64,000 nucleotides of DNA from an uncultured Christensenellaceae bacterium (GCA_910588545.1 CAJUOU010000001.1:547975-611974), one strand, 5' to 3'; positions 10,719 to 21,772 are shown, counted from the stretch's first letter. The notes: generated by a model from the sequence alone, not told the origin. A program made the numbers and translations.

Positions 10719-12434
10719 TTATTTTTTCTTTTTAGTAGTCTGCTTATTACTTTTGCTTATGTTTTTATTTGAATTAGTGTTTTTTTTGCTACTTGTTTTT
10801 TTACTAGATGAAGTGCCTTTTGAAAAATTCTTGCCGGATTTGGACGAACTTTTAGCTTTACTCCCTGCGACTTCTACATTAATTTTTCTGCCGTTAAAAC
10901 GCAAATCTTTCATTGCAAGAATATTTTCTTCCAAGCCTTTTTTTACTTCAACAAAGCTAAACTTTTCCAATATCTTAACATCAACAATGTCGTCAGCTGA
11001 AATATTTGCCTTTGAAGTTACAAAGTTAAGTACATCTTTTTCGTTTGCACCGTCCATTTCGCCAAATGTAATAAAAAATCTGGTGGAATCGACTTTTTGT
11101 TCTTCTTTTACTTCTTTTTTCTTTTGACCTTTGCTTTCGGTCATTTGCATATAGCTGTTGCCGTCAATTACAACTGCAAGCAAATCAAGCGGAGTATAGT
11201 TTGTATCATTTTCCTTATTAAATTTATCCAATTCTCGCAATAAAAAATCTTTTGTATTTTCTCTGTTTTTATCAACTATTTTAAATATATTAGATAGTTT
11301 TTTACTACCAAAATCCCTACTTGCCTGCATATTATCCATTTTTGTCATATTTGTTTTTGTTATCCTTTCAAAATTTTCTATTAGGTGCTTTTGTCCTTTT
11401 GTATAAAAAGTATACGCCACACCTGTTTTTTTGGCTCTTGCTGTTCTGCCTATCCTGTGCACATAAAATTCTTCGTCAATCGGTGGGTCAAAGTTAAAAA
11501 TTGCATCTATATCGCTAACGTCAATACCTCTTGCAACAACATCCGTTGCAACCAAAATATTGATTTCTCCCGCTCTGTAACGTTTCATAATTTTATCACG
11601 CTGACTTTGTTTTAAATCTCCGTGCAAACCTGCTGCTACATATCCAAATCCACAAAGGATTTCGGTAAGCTCGTCCACACGTTTTTTTGTATTGCAAAAA
11701 CAAATACACCGTTTATAGTCATTTATATCCAAAATATCTGTTATAAATGGTATTTTATCTGCCTCTTTACACTTTATTGCTATCTGTTCGATTTTCGGTT
11801 TCTCCGCGTTTGCAGTTGCTTGTATACGCACAGGGTCAACCGAGTATGTATCAATCATTTCCAAAATCGGTTTAGGCATTGTAGCACTAAACATAGCAAG
11901 TTGCTTATATTTTGGACAGGCATTCAAAATCTTATCGATATCAGGTTTGAAGCCCATATCCAACATTTCGTCTGCCTCGTCTAGAGTCACACATTCGATA
12001 TTGTGCAATTTTATAGTACGTCTTTCTATATGGTCAAGTGCTCTTCCCGGAGTTGCAATGATAATTTGAGGTTTTTTCCTTAAATTTGCAAGCTGTCTTT
12101 CTATATTTTGTCCGCCGTATACTGCACAAACGCGAACATTTTCGGTATACTTTAAAAACTTTTTAAATTCATTTGCTATTTGAATAACAAGTTCTCTTGT
12201 AGGGCAAAGTATCAATGTTTTTACATCTTTACTGTCTTTTGGCGTATTTGTTATAATTGGCAAAGCAAAAGCACAAGTCTTGCCTGTTCCCGTAGGTGCT
12301 TGCGCCACTATATCTCGTCCGTCCAACATTGCGGGGATAACTTGCGACTGAATTTGTGTGGGCTCGCTAAACCCCATATCACGAACAGCCTTTTTCAGTT
12401 CTTCCGCAATTTCAAAATTATTAAAATCTGTCAT
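10719..12434 (-). CDS. DEAD-box ATP-dependent RNA helicase with DbpA-like RNA-binding domain and K/S-rich tail
   Basis: 571 aa; AQAPTGTGKT, DEAD, SAT, HRIGRTAR motifs. Confidence 0.93.
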   Translation of the reverse strand: MTDFNNFEIAEELKKAVRDMGFSEPTQIQSQVIPAMLDGRDIVAQAPTGTGKTCAFALPIITNTPKDSKDVKTLILCPTRELVIQIANEFKKFLKYTENVRVCAVYGGQNIERQLANLRKKPQIIIATPGRALDHIERRTIKLHNIECVTLDEADEMLDMGFKPDIDKILNACPKYKQLAMFSATMPKPILEMIDTYSVDPVRIQATANAEKPKIEQIAIKCKEADKIPFITDILDINDYKRCICFCNTKKRVDELTEILCGFGYVAAGLHGDLKQSQRDKIMKRYRAGEINILVATDVVARGIDVSDIDAIFNFDPPIDEEFYVHRIGRTARAKKTGVAYTFYTKGQKHLIENFERITKTNMTKMDNMQASRDFGSKKLSNIFKIVDKNRENTKDFLLRELDKFNKENDTNYTPLDLLAVVIDGNSYMQMTESKGQKKKEVKEEQKVDSTRFFITFGEMDGANEKDVLNFVTSKANISADDIVDVKILEKFSFVEVKKGLEENILAMKDLRFNGRKINVEVAGSKAKSSSKSGKNFSKGTSSSKKTSSKKNTNSNKNISKSNKQTTKKKK

Positions 12435-12655
12435 TTTTTCCTTTTATCAACTGTTTTTATCAGTTAATTTTAAATTAAATTTCTTAGCTAAAATTTTAGC
12501 ATCATTACTGTTATACATCATATTTATTCATATCTGTGATTACCTTTAAAATTTTACTTTTAAAACTTATTTAACAACTACAAAAAATTTTCAACAAGCA
12601 ATTTTTCGCTAATATTAATTAAGAGATTGCCAATTTGCAATCTCTTAATAAGTTA

Positions 12656-15289
12656 TTACTTTCTTGGATTTTTGATATTAGCTTGAGCTGCTGCTAGGCG
12701 TGCGATAGGAACTCTGAATGGAGAGCAAGAAACATAATTCAAACCTACATTGTGGCAGAATTCGATAGTTGATGGGTCTCCACCATGCTCGCCGCAAATA
12801 CCCAACTTGATATTTGGTCTTGTCTTTTTACCATTTTGAATAGCAAGTTCAACAAGTTTGCCTACACCTGTTTGGTCAAGTTTTGCAAACGGGTCAGATT
12901 CAAAAATCTTTCTGCTGTAGTACTCTTCCAAGAATTTACCTGCATCGTCACGAGAGAAACCGAAAGTCATTTGAGTCAAATCGTTTGTACCGAATGAGAA
13001 GAATTCAGCCTCTTGAGCAATTTCGTCAGCAGTAATTGCTGCTCTTGGAATTTCTATCATAGTACCTACCATAAAGTCAACTTTAACACCGTGAGATGCC
13101 ATAACTTTTTCGGCAGTTTTTGTTACAACATTTTTAACATACTTAAGCTCTTTAACATCGCCGACAAGTGGAATCATAATTTCTGGCACAATGTTTCCGC
13201 CCTTCTTTGTGTTAATTTCAATAGCAGCCTCGATAACAGCTTGAGTTTGCATTTCTGCAATTTCAGGATAAGTAATACTCAAACGGCAACCACGGTGACC
13301 TAGCATTGGATTCATCTCGTGCAACTCGTCGATTGTCTTTTTCAAATCTTCGAATTTCAAGCCCATTTCTTTTGCAAGAGCTTGAATTTCACTATCCTTA
13401 TGAGGTACGAACTCGTGTAAAGGTGGGTCTAAGAATCTAATAGTAACAGGTCTGTCGCCCATTGCCTCGTACAAACCGATAAAGTCAGCTCTTTGCATTG
13501 GCAACAATTTGTTTAATGCTCTGCGTCTTTCGTCCTCGTTTTTAGAAACAATCATTTCACGCATTGCAGGGATTCTATCTTCAGCAAAGAACATGTGCTC
13601 TGTACGGCAAAGGCCAATACCCTCCGCGCCGAACTCAACAGCTTGTTTTGCATCGTTTGGAGTATCTGCATTTGTTCTGATTTTTAAAGCTCTGCGGTGG
13701 TCAGCCCATTTCATAATTGTAGCAAACTCTCCGCTTACAGTTGCGTTTACAGTTGCAATCTTTTCGCCATATATGTTACCTGTGCTACCATCGATAGAAA
13801 TAAAATCGTTTTGAGTATAAGTTTTGCCGCCGATAATTAATTTCTTTTCAGCCTCATTTACCACCAACTCTTGGCAACCTGCCACACAGCAAGCACCCAT
13901 ACCACGAGCTACAACGGCTGCGTGAGAAGTCATACCTCCGCGTGCGGTCAAAATACCCTCTGCTGCGTACATACCCTCGATATCTTCAGGAGAAGTTTCA
14001 AGTCTTACCAAAACAACTTTTTCGCCTTTATTTGCTCTTTCCACTGCCTCTTCTGCAGAGAAAGCGATTTTACCGCAAGCAGCTCCAGGAGATGCAGGCA
14101 AACCTTTTGCAACAGGTTTTGCTTTTTTGATAACTTTTTCGTCAAAAGTAGGATGTAGTAAAGCATCTAATTGTTTTGGCTCTATCTTCAAAAGTGCCTC
14201 ATCTGTTGAAATCATACCCTCTTCAACCAAATCACAAGCAATCTTTAGTGCAGCACGAGCTGTTCTCTTTCCGTTACGAGTTTGCAACATATACAATTTT
14301 CCTCTTTCGATAGTAAACTCCATATCTTGCATATCTTTGTAATGGTCTTCAAGTCTTCTTGCTATTTCAACAAATTGCTCATATACCTCTTTGTTTGTCT
14401 CGGCTAATTGGTCGATTGACATTGGAGTACGGATACCTGCAACAACGTCCTCGCCTTGAGCATTCATAAGATATTCGCCGTAAAGTTTCTTTTCGCCGGT
14501 AGAAGGGTTACGTGTAAATGCAACACCTGTTCCGGATGTGTTACCCATGTTGCCGAATACCATTGATTGTACGTTTACTGCTGTACCCCAATCGCTAGGG
14601 ATATCGTTCATTCTTCTGTAAACAATAGCACGTGGGTTATTCCAAGACCTGAAAACTGCCTTTACAGCGCCGATTAATTGGTCTTTAGGGTCTTGTGGGA
14701 AATCTATACCTTGGTCAGCCTTGAAATAAGCTTTGAATTTAGCAATCAACTCTTTCAAATCGTCTGCAGTAAGCTCTGTATCAAGGATTACGCCTTTTTC
14801 TGCTTTCAACTCATCAATCATTTTACCGAATGCTTCCTTACCTACACCGATAACAACGTCACTGTACATTTGAATAAATCTTCTGTAGCAGTCATACGCA
14901 AAACGTGGGTCTTGTGTAAGCTCAGCCAATCCCTCAACGCTGACATCGTTCAAACCTAGGTTAAGTATTGTATCCATCATACCCGGCATACTTGCTCTTG
15001 AGCCTGAACGAACAGATACAAGGAACGGATTCTTTTTATCTCCAAACTTTTTACCGGCCATTTTTTCTACTTCAGCCAATTTTTGAAAAATTTCGGCAAT
15101 TATATCATCATTGATTATCTCGCCGTCATTATAATATTGTGTACATGCTTCGGTTGTAATAGTAAAACCTTGCGGTACAGGCATACCAAGTCTAGTCATT
15201 TCTGCCAAATTTGCACCTTTACCACCAAACAAAGCACGGTTGTTACCGTCTGCTTCCATAAATAAATAAACAAACTTCTTATTAGCCAT
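12656..15289 (-). CDS. ppdK: pyruvate, phosphate dikinase
   Basis: About 877 aa, GGMTSHAAVVARG phospho-His motif, PEP-utilising C-terminal domain. ATG at 15289 follows GGAGG; the track start at 15301 is a TTG inside the SD. Confidence 0.95.
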   Translation of the reverse strand: MANKKFVYLFMEADGNNRALFGGKGANLAEMTRLGMPVPQGFTITTEACTQYYNDGEIINDDIIAEIFQKLAEVEKMAGKKFGDKKNPFLVSVRSGSRASMPGMMDTILNLGLNDVSVEGLAELTQDPRFAYDCYRRFIQMYSDVVIGVGKEAFGKMIDELKAEKGVILDTELTADDLKELIAKFKAYFKADQGIDFPQDPKDQLIGAVKAVFRSWNNPRAIVYRRMNDIPSDWGTAVNVQSMVFGNMGNTSGTGVAFTRNPSTGEKKLYGEYLMNAQGEDVVAGIRTPMSIDQLAETNKEVYEQFVEIARRLEDHYKDMQDMEFTIERGKLYMLQTRNGKRTARAALKIACDLVEEGMISTDEALLKIEPKQLDALLHPTFDEKVIKKAKPVAKGLPASPGAACGKIAFSAEEAVERANKGEKVVLVRLETSPEDIEGMYAAEGILTARGGMTSHAAVVARGMGACCVAGCQELVVNEAEKKLIIGGKTYTQNDFISIDGSTGNIYGEKIATVNATVSGEFATIMKWADHRRALKIRTNADTPNDAKQAVEFGAEGIGLCRTEHMFFAEDRIPAMREMIVSKNEDERRRALNKLLPMQRADFIGLYEAMGDRPVTIRFLDPPLHEFVPHKDSEIQALAKEMGLKFEDLKKTIDELHEMNPMLGHRGCRLSITYPEIAEMQTQAVIEAAIEINTKKGGNIVPEIMIPLVGDVKELKYVKNVVTKTAEKVMASHGVKVDFMVGTMIEIPRAAITADEIAQEAEFFSFGTNDLTQMTFGFSRDDAGKFLEEYYSRKIFESDPFAKLDQTGVGKLVELAIQNGKKTRPNIKLGICGEHGGDPSTIEFCHNVGLNYVSCSPFRVPIARLAAAQANIKNPRK

Positions 15290-15362
15290 TATGTCCTCCA
15301 AACAAATTAATCACTTATATATACTATCGTACACTATTTTACCATTTATTTCAAGTGTTTTT

Positions 15363-16109
15363 CTAATAAATATTAACTTTATTATAAAATAAAATATATT
15401 CTTCGAATGTTTTGAACTTTTTAGCCAAATTTTTACCTATTATATCAAAATAAATTTGTATAACGGCAATTATATCGTCCGTATCAAATGTTGCCTGAAT
15501 ATTTTTGTTTTCTTCAAAGCATTTAAGCAGAGTTAAACTACCCATAAGTAGCTTTTTAGCAGTACTATCGTAGCAATTACCGCACAAAAGCCCGCCTTTT
15601 AAATAACTATAGTAAAAATTATCATTATTGATTTCTCCGCAATTAAGGCATTTTAATGGCAATTTATATCCCAATAAATTTACTACATTATTCAAATATT
15701 TTGCAAAACTTATAAAATTATCTTTCGACTTATAACATATTTCATTTAAAAATTCAAGAGTCAAAACAGCCAATTTATCTCCAATTTCTCTATCATCTGC
15801 AACTTTATCCAAAATTTCCACACTGCACAATGCAGGATAGTACTTATCAATATCCGTCCATATACCATAAAAGCTATCTATCAAATCGCAACCTATAACA
15901 TTGTTATAACCGTTTTTACCTGTTAAATAGTATTTACCAAAACAAAGCAAAGCCCCGGCATACTTGAGCTTTGCTTTAGATTTTTTTACTCCTCTTAATA
16001 AACAAGTAATTTTACCCTCGCCAAAGGCATAAAGGGTAACCAACTTATCATTATCTTTATAGTCAATGCTTTTTATACAAAGGCAATCAAGGGTTTTCTC
16101 CTTTTCCAT
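15363..16109 (-). CDS. recO: DNA repair protein RecO
   Basis: OB-fold N-terminus and a CxxC...CxxC zinc motif. Conserved position after era-yqzL. ATG at 16109 preferred over the longer track ORF. Confidence 0.85.
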   Translation of the reverse strand: MEKEKTLDCLCIKSIDYKDNDKLVTLYAFGEGKITCLLRGVKKSKAKLKYAGALLCFGKYYLTGKNGYNNVIGCDLIDSFYGIWTDIDKYYPALCSVEILDKVADDREIGDKLAVLTLEFLNEICYKSKDNFISFAKYLNNVVNLLGYKLPLKCLNCGEINNDNFYYSYLKGGLLCGNCYDSTAKKLLMGSLTLLKCFEENKNIQATFDTDDIIAVIQIYFDIIGKNLAKKFKTFEEYILFYNKVNIY

Positions 16110-16209
16110 GGTCTTTGTCCTGCTCCTCACCCAAAGCCTTGTACAACATATAAAGTCCCGGGTCGCCTGTTTTTGTAAATTGCTGCCAAATTCTTTCTTT
16201 GATATCCAT
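16087..16209 (-). CDS. YqzL-like small protein (40 aa)
   Basis: MDIKERIWQQFTKTGDPGLYMLYKALGEEQDKDHGKGENP with GGAGGG SD. B. subtilis has the small yqzL gene in this same era/recO position. Overlaps the recO start. Confidence 0.6.
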   Translation of the reverse strand: MDIKERIWQQFTKTGDPGLYMLYKALGEEQDKDHGKGENP

Positions 16210-16271
16210 AAGTCCCTCCGATAAAAGTATTGACTGATATGGATAAATTAATACAAAAAATTCAACTTTTA

Positions 16272-16304
16272 AAATGCAATTTTTTACTCATAAAAATTGC
16301 ATTT
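16272..16304 (-). terminator. 13-bp hairpin between era and yqzL/recO (terminator or attenuator-like)
   Basis: aaatgcaattttt/aaaaattgcattt perfect stem with a 7-nt loop. The U-tract on the minus strand is weak. Confidence 0.4.
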
Positions 16305-16390
16305 ATTATATAACCTTAATTGACAAATTTAATAAATTAATGCCGATTTTCGCAAGGTTTTAATACATACATTTAAAATATTATATATAA

Positions 16391-17284
16391 TTAAATATCT
16401 TTAATATTGTATCCCAATTCGTTAAGTAGTTGTTCGCTGTCCCTCCAATCATCCTTAACCCTTACCCAAAGATTTAAAAATACTTTGCTGTCAAGCAACT
16501 TTTCGATATCTTGCCTTGCGGTAGTTCCTATTTTTTTGAGCATAGCACCGCCCTTGCCTATAATTATAGGTTTATGTGCTTTTTTCTCACACACTATATC
16601 CGCATCGATATCAATCAAATTATCATCGCGTTCCTTGAACAAATTTATATTTACGGCAACACCGTAAGGAACTTCTTCTCCCAAAAACTTCATCGCTTTT
16701 TCGCGAATAATTTCCGCAACCATAAATCTGACCGATTTATCGGTTATCATATCTTCGGGATAAAACTGCACGCCTTCTTTCAAATTTTCTTGTATTCTTT
16801 CCTTTAAAATATCAAGTTTTTTGCCTTTCACTGCGGATATAGGTATAATACTATCAATACCCTCGATATCTTTTAAAGTATCTATCATTCCAAGTACTTT
16901 TTCCTTATCGGCAACATCCATCTTATTGATTACTACAATAAAAGGTGTTGCAGCCGCAGCATATTGTTTAATTAGCTTTAGGTCATTTTCGTCTATATTT
17001 TTTTCGCCGTTTATAACGTAAATAACGATATCCACGCCATCCAAAGCGGACTCGACATTTTTCATCATAAACTTGGAAAGCTCATTTTTGGCTTTATGTA
17101 TACCCGGAGTATCAATAAATACCGCTTGATAGTTATCCCCGTTCATAATACCTATAATTTTATCTCGCGTAGTTTGAGGACGCCAAGATACTATAGCAAC
17201 CTGCTCCCCAACCAAAGCATTTAACAATGTAGATTTACCTACATTTGCCTTACCTATAATCGTAACAAAACCCGATTTAAACAT
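16391..17284 (-). CDS. era: GTPase Era
   Basis: 297 aa, GKANVGKST G1, DTPG G3, NKMD G4, C-terminal KH domain. Confidence 0.96.
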   Translation of the reverse strand: MFKSGFVTIIGKANVGKSTLLNALVGEQVAIVSWRPQTTRDKIIGIMNGDNYQAVFIDTPGIHKAKNELSKFMMKNVESALDGVDIVIYVINGEKNIDENDLKLIKQYAAAATPFIVVINKMDVADKEKVLGMIDTLKDIEGIDSIIPISAVKGKKLDILKERIQENLKEGVQFYPEDMITDKSVRFMVAEIIREKAMKFLGEEVPYGVAVNINLFKERDDNLIDIDADIVCEKKAHKPIIIGKGGAMLKKIGTTARQDIEKLLDSKVFLNLWVRVKDDWRDSEQLLNELGYNIKDI

Positions 17285-17311
17285 ATTATATTCCTTTTTA
17301 TTTTTATTAAT

Positions 17312-17788
17312 TTAGTCTCTGAAAAACTTTGCGATTTGCAAAATTTCATCTTCTTTAGCTCGCATAACTTTTCGCATATCTTCTTCTATATGGTCATACC
17401 CTAACAAATGTAGCAAGCCATGTGTAATTAAAAATGCAAGTTCTCTTTGCTCCGAATGTCCGTATTCAACTGCTTGTTCAGCCATAATCTCACGACAAAC
17501 TATAATCTCGCCTATGTACAATGTATTATTTTCGGGAGATAGCATATCAATATAATTTTTTTTGTCAAACGGAAAAATTATATTATCAAGTGCAGGATAA
17601 CTAAGCACATCGGTAGGCTTGTCCACTTGTCTTGTGGTCAAATTAAGTTGATGTATTTCCCTCATATCAACCATTGAAATTTCAACACTGACAGCGTTGG
17701 TTTTTATTCCGTGTAACTTGCAAACAGTCCTAAAAACTTTTTTTGCGACCTTTTGCTCCTCTTTTGTAAATTCGTAAAGCTCTAACAT
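17312..17788 (-). CDS. ybeY: rRNA maturation endoribonuclease YbeY
   Basis: 158 aa, HGLLHLLGYDH zinc motif. Confidence 0.95.
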   Translation of the reverse strand: MLELYEFTKEEQKVAKKVFRTVCKLHGIKTNAVSVEISMVDMREIHQLNLTTRQVDKPTDVLSYPALDNIIFPFDKKNYIDMLSPENNTLYIGEIIVCREIMAEQAVEYGHSEQRELAFLITHGLLHLLGYDHIEEDMRKVMRAKEDEILQIAKFFRD

Positions 17789-17818
17789 ATAACCTCTCTT
17801 AAGTGTACTAAAAAATGC

Positions 17819-19303
17819 CTATTTTTTTTTATTGTAATCAATACGTTTGTGATATACACCCGGTACAACTTTACAAATAGCAGCTGCAATCTTTTTCAAA
17901 TCGGAAAAAGTAATTTCAGAATTTTCAAATTGATGGTCAGCAATTTTTTCTTTTATAACATTTTCCACAATCGATTTAAGTTCATCCATATTTGCCGTAT
18001 TTCTTGAACGAGTTATAGCCTCTACAACGTCGGAAATCATAACTATTGCCGCAATCTTGGATGTCGGTCTAGGTCCCTCATACATATATAGCTTATCATT
18101 TACAGTACCCTCTGTAAGCAATTTAGCTTTATTATGGAAGTACTTAACAGTTGTCGTACCATGATGCTCTAATGCAACATTTGCAATTTCGTCAGGTAAA
18201 TGTGCTTTTTTAAGCATATCATATCCTATTTTTGTATGCGACATAATCATTTTAGCACTGTGCATAGGTATCAAATCGTCGTGCGGGTTGTAGCCTTGTT
18301 GATTTTCGGTAAAAAACTCCGGAGCACTCAATTTGCCTATATCGTGATAAATACCGCACGCTTTTGCTAGATAAGGATTTTCTCCTACTGCTATAGCACA
18401 TGCCTCCGCCAAGTTAGAAACAATAATGCAATGGTTAAATGTGCCAGGCGCTTCATTTGACAATCTTTGCAACAAAGGTCTTGCTAAACTACATATTTCC
18501 GCAAGTTTGAAGTTTGTCCATATATTAAAAATTTGCTCGTATAATGGAATTAAGGAAGTAAATATAATTATCGCAATAAATCCGCCTAAAATCGAATAGG
18601 TGTAAGATAATAACAAGTACTGTAAATCCGTTGAAACTATCATAGCAAGCAATACTATTGGTAGCGATGCAACTAAGTTAATCGCAGCGGCGCCCCACAT
18701 CAGTTTGAAACGAGAATAATTCCTACGAATCAAAAACATAATCAACAATACTCTTATCATAGATACAATAAGCGAAACAGTTATCTCATAGAAAGTGTTT
18801 GATAGCTCGCCTACCATACCATAATCCATTACAGAATATGATAAAAGCAATGTAGAAATAGTAACTACAAGTCCCATAAATCCTGTCCTACCGCCTATCA
18901 TAATGCTAAGTATAATAGGTAAAACCGCAAGCGGCGAGCAATAAGGACTAATCAAATGGCTGAACAGTTGACAACTAACCACGGTAATTACAAGTGTTAC
19001 GCCAATCATTATAAGCTTTTTGTAAGATTTGTCTTTGGACATATAAGTATAATACTCATAAAACATAATCATTGCAATGAAATACACCGCAACAATAATA
19101 AGTACATCTACCCATTTTGTATAGAGCACACTAATACTCCATGTATATGTCGTAGCTGCGGAAATAGCAAGCAAACAGCTTATTATAATAATACTACCTA
19201 TTACAATAAGTTGCTGAACCCATTCCTTATGCAAAATTTCCATAGTGTTCTCATTTTTATTTTTTTTCTTTTTTATCGGATATCCCGCCCTTGTTCTTTC
19301 CAT
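17819..19303 (-). CDS. 7TM-HD membrane phosphohydrolase (PgpH/YqfF-like)
   Basis: 494 aa, multiple TM helices then an HD domain (HCIIVSNLAE...YHDIGK). Conserved position between phoH and ybeY. Confidence 0.85.
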   Translation of the reverse strand: MERTRAGYPIKKKKNKNENTMEILHKEWVQQLIVIGSIIIISCLLAISAATTYTWSISVLYTKWVDVLIIVAVYFIAMIMFYEYYTYMSKDKSYKKLIMIGVTLVITVVSCQLFSHLISPYCSPLAVLPIILSIMIGGRTGFMGLVVTISTLLLSYSVMDYGMVGELSNTFYEITVSLIVSMIRVLLIMFLIRRNYSRFKLMWGAAAINLVASLPIVLLAMIVSTDLQYLLLSYTYSILGGFIAIIIFTSLIPLYEQIFNIWTNFKLAEICSLARPLLQRLSNEAPGTFNHCIIVSNLAEACAIAVGENPYLAKACGIYHDIGKLSAPEFFTENQQGYNPHDDLIPMHSAKMIMSHTKIGYDMLKKAHLPDEIANVALEHHGTTTVKYFHNKAKLLTEGTVNDKLYMYEGPRPTSKIAAIVMISDVVEAITRSRNTANMDELKSIVENVIKEKIADHQFENSEITFSDLKKIAAAICKVVPGVYHKRIDYNKKK

Positions 19304-19341
19304 CGTTTTCTCCTAATTTTAATATCGGAAATTGTTGTTTA

Positions 19342-20364
19342 TTATTTATCGGTCTCAATTTCTTTTTTGTAAAAATCGTCATAAGCTTTAACAATTTTCA
19401 TTACAAGCTCATGTCTTACGACGTCTTTTTCATTAAAATAATTGATTGAAATATCTTCTATCCCATTTAATATGTGACTCACTTCAATAAGTCCGCTTTT
19501 TTTACCGTAAGGCAAATCGATTTGCGTAATGTCGCCTGTTACCACAACCTTGCTACCCTCGCCGATTCGAGTCAAAAACATTTTCATTTGCTCGCGTGTG
19601 GTGTTTTGGGCTTCGTCCAAAATGATAAAGGAATTGGAAATTGTCCTACCTCTCATATACGCAAGCGGTGCAACTTCTATCACTCCCTTTTCTATTAGCC
19701 TGTTATAAACTTCAAGCCCCAACATTTCACTTAAAGCATCAAATAACGGTTTCAAATACGGGTCAACTTTTTGTCCTAAATCGCCGGGTAAAAACCCAAG
19801 CTTCTCGCCCGCTTCAACGGCAGGTCTCGTCAAAACGATTTTTTCCACCTGCTTTGCTTTATAAAAGCTAACTGCCATAGCAACCGCAAGATAGGTTTTT
19901 CCCGTACCCGCAGGACCAATTCCAAAAGTCAACGAGTTTTTCTTTATAGCCTGCAAATATTTTGCTTGATTAATACTTTTAGGTTTTATAGGTTTACCTT
20001 TATTGGTATATGCAACGGCATCTGTCATACTCTCTATATTTTCGAATTCACCGTTTAACACCAAATCGGTTACCAAACGCAAAGTGGTTTTGTTTATACT
20101 TTCTCCTTTTTCCACCTTATCTAACAAAGCGGCAATAATCTCTTCCAATTTGTTTCTGTTTGTTTCCTCTCCTATAACTTTCAAGCCGTTTGTATCACGC
20201 ACAACACTTATTCCAAGTCGTTTGGAAAGATATTTTATATTGCTGTCATATTCTCCGAACACTTCCCTTAGCTGTTCTGTTGTATAATCATTAAAATTAA
20301 TAATAATGTCCTCCGTTATCCAATCTTTGTTCTGTCTCGTAAAAGATATCCAAATATTTAACAC
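19342..20364 (-). CDS. phoH: PhoH-like ATPase
   Basis: GPAGTGKTYLA Walker A, ILDEAQN Walker B. Start uncertain: the track start is a GTG overlapping yqfD by 68 nt. Confidence 0.9.
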   Translation of the reverse strand: MLNIWISFTRQNKDWITEDIIINFNDYTTEQLREVFGEYDSNIKYLSKRLGISVVRDTNGLKVIGEETNRNKLEEIIAALLDKVEKGESINKTTLRLVTDLVLNGEFENIESMTDAVAYTNKGKPIKPKSINQAKYLQAIKKNSLTFGIGPAGTGKTYLAVAMAVSFYKAKQVEKIVLTRPAVEAGEKLGFLPGDLGQKVDPYLKPLFDALSEMLGLEVYNRLIEKGVIEVAPLAYMRGRTISNSFIILDEAQNTTREQMKMFLTRIGEGSKVVVTGDITQIDLPYGKKSGLIEVSHILNGIEDISINYFNEKDVVRHELVMKIVKAYDDFYKKEIETDK

Positions 20365-21442
20365 CTTCTACTTCTTTTATTTCATAGTTTTTGGAAAGCA
20401 ATCTGCAATCATTTTGCATTGCAGCCATAAACTCGCTGTCAAATTTGCTTTTTAAACTTTCTATGTATGCGTTTTGCTCGATTTCCACCCTTTGCATTTC
20501 AAAATATTCATAAGTGACAACCCTTATAGGCAACACCCCGAACAATTTAATTTCCGTAGTACGCAAATCGTAAAATTCGTAAGGCGGTTTACCTGCTTTT
20601 AATATGTCAAGAGTATTAAATCCCAAGCATCTTTTTACCACAGACTTACCTGTCTTTATAAAGGTATAATTTTGTTTAGGTACTAAAAAGCGTTTATGAG
20701 TATAAACTTTCCCGTACACTTCGCCATCTGCTGCAACTTCTATCCTATCGCCGTTTTCCTCTCCATCGGACGGAGTGTTATCCGCAATATGATATCCGCC
20801 AATCAAAATGTCTCCTGCTTTTACCCTTTCACCCACTTTAACTTCACTTGTACCCGAGCGGACAATAACTCGTGTAACAACACCATCGTAGTCAGAAATT
20901 AAGTCTTTTTGGTTTTCGGTCACTTTTGGTGGCTCGCTGGCAACGATTTTTACCATTAAGGAAAATCCCTCTATATAACAAGTTGCAAAACTGACCTCTT
21001 CTACATTTGTCAAAATCAAATTTTCGATTGCTTTTAAATCTATTTTGTTTTTTGCAACAATTCCGCCATAATTATTTTCTTTTAAAAAAGTATGCACTTT
21101 ATTGGCGTAAATATCATTTTGAGCATCTACTTGTATATTGTAAACAAAAGCGGTCGATGCAAATAAAAATATAAGACAAATCGTCGCTGCAATCATATAC
21201 GGCAAATGCTTGTTAGTGTTGTGCAAAATTTTTAAAAAGCCGCCATTGTCTTTAATTTCAAGTTGAATGCTGTATACGTCAGCAAATTTTTTCACAACTT
21301 TAAAATCGTTATGTTTTATCCAAAAGACGCTCTTATCTTCCGACACCAAGTCATAAATGGCAATGTTTTCGTCTTTTAGCTTATTGATAAACCTTGTGCG
21401 GTTACTACCTGCTGCAACTACTTTTATTTTGGATAAAATCAT
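20297..21442 (-). CDS. yqfD: sporulation protein YqfD (stage IV)
   Basis: 381 aa, one central TM, conserved order yqfC-yqfD-phoH. Confidence 0.8.
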   Translation of the reverse strand: MILSKIKVVAAGSNRTRFINKLKDENIAIYDLVSEDKSVFWIKHNDFKVVKKFADVYSIQLEIKDNGGFLKILHNTNKHLPYMIAATICLIFLFASTAFVYNIQVDAQNDIYANKVHTFLKENNYGGIVAKNKIDLKAIENLILTNVEEVSFATCYIEGFSLMVKIVASEPPKVTENQKDLISDYDGVVTRVIVRSGTSEVKVGERVKAGDILIGGYHIADNTPSDGEENGDRIEVAADGEVYGKVYTHKRFLVPKQNYTFIKTGKSVVKRCLGFNTLDILKAGKPPYEFYDLRTTEIKLFGVLPIRVVTYEYFEMQRVEIEQNAYIESLKSKFDSEFMAAMQNDCRLLSKNYEIKEVEGVKYLDIFYETEQRLDNGGHYY

Positions 21443-21693
21443 AGCTCCACCGCCTTAAAATTATCCAATTTGCCTGTCACAATCAACAGTCCGTTTTGCA
21501 ACTCTTTTATTACAAAATCACTACCGTCAAATTCAAGTTTTGTCTTGCCTGTACGCACCTCTATATGTTCTTTACTCTGATAAATAATATTTTTAAAATC
21601 TTCGACAATAAAGCCACTGTTGACAATAGTAATTTTGTAGCTTAACTTTTCTTTTACTGTTTTACAAATATCATCAAAATACGCCATAAACAC
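21439..21693 (-). CDS. yqfC: sporulation protein YqfC
   Basis: 84 aa, 4-nt overlap with yqfD, conserved synteny. Confidence 0.75.
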   Translation of the reverse strand: MFMAYFDDICKTVKEKLSYKITIVNSGFIVEDFKNIIYQSKEHIEVRTGKTKLEFDGSDFVIKELQNGLLIVTGKLDNFKAVEL

Positions 21694-21772
21694 CTCGCTT
21701 TTTATATTCTATGTTTTGGTATATTCGATTATACGTTTTACAGTATGATTATATATTATATTATTAAAATTA

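Noticed and set aside
15289-15301. Longer ppdK start (MEDIM...) given in the track
   Set aside because: The first codon is a TTG lying within the GGAGG ribosome-binding site of the ATG at 15289.
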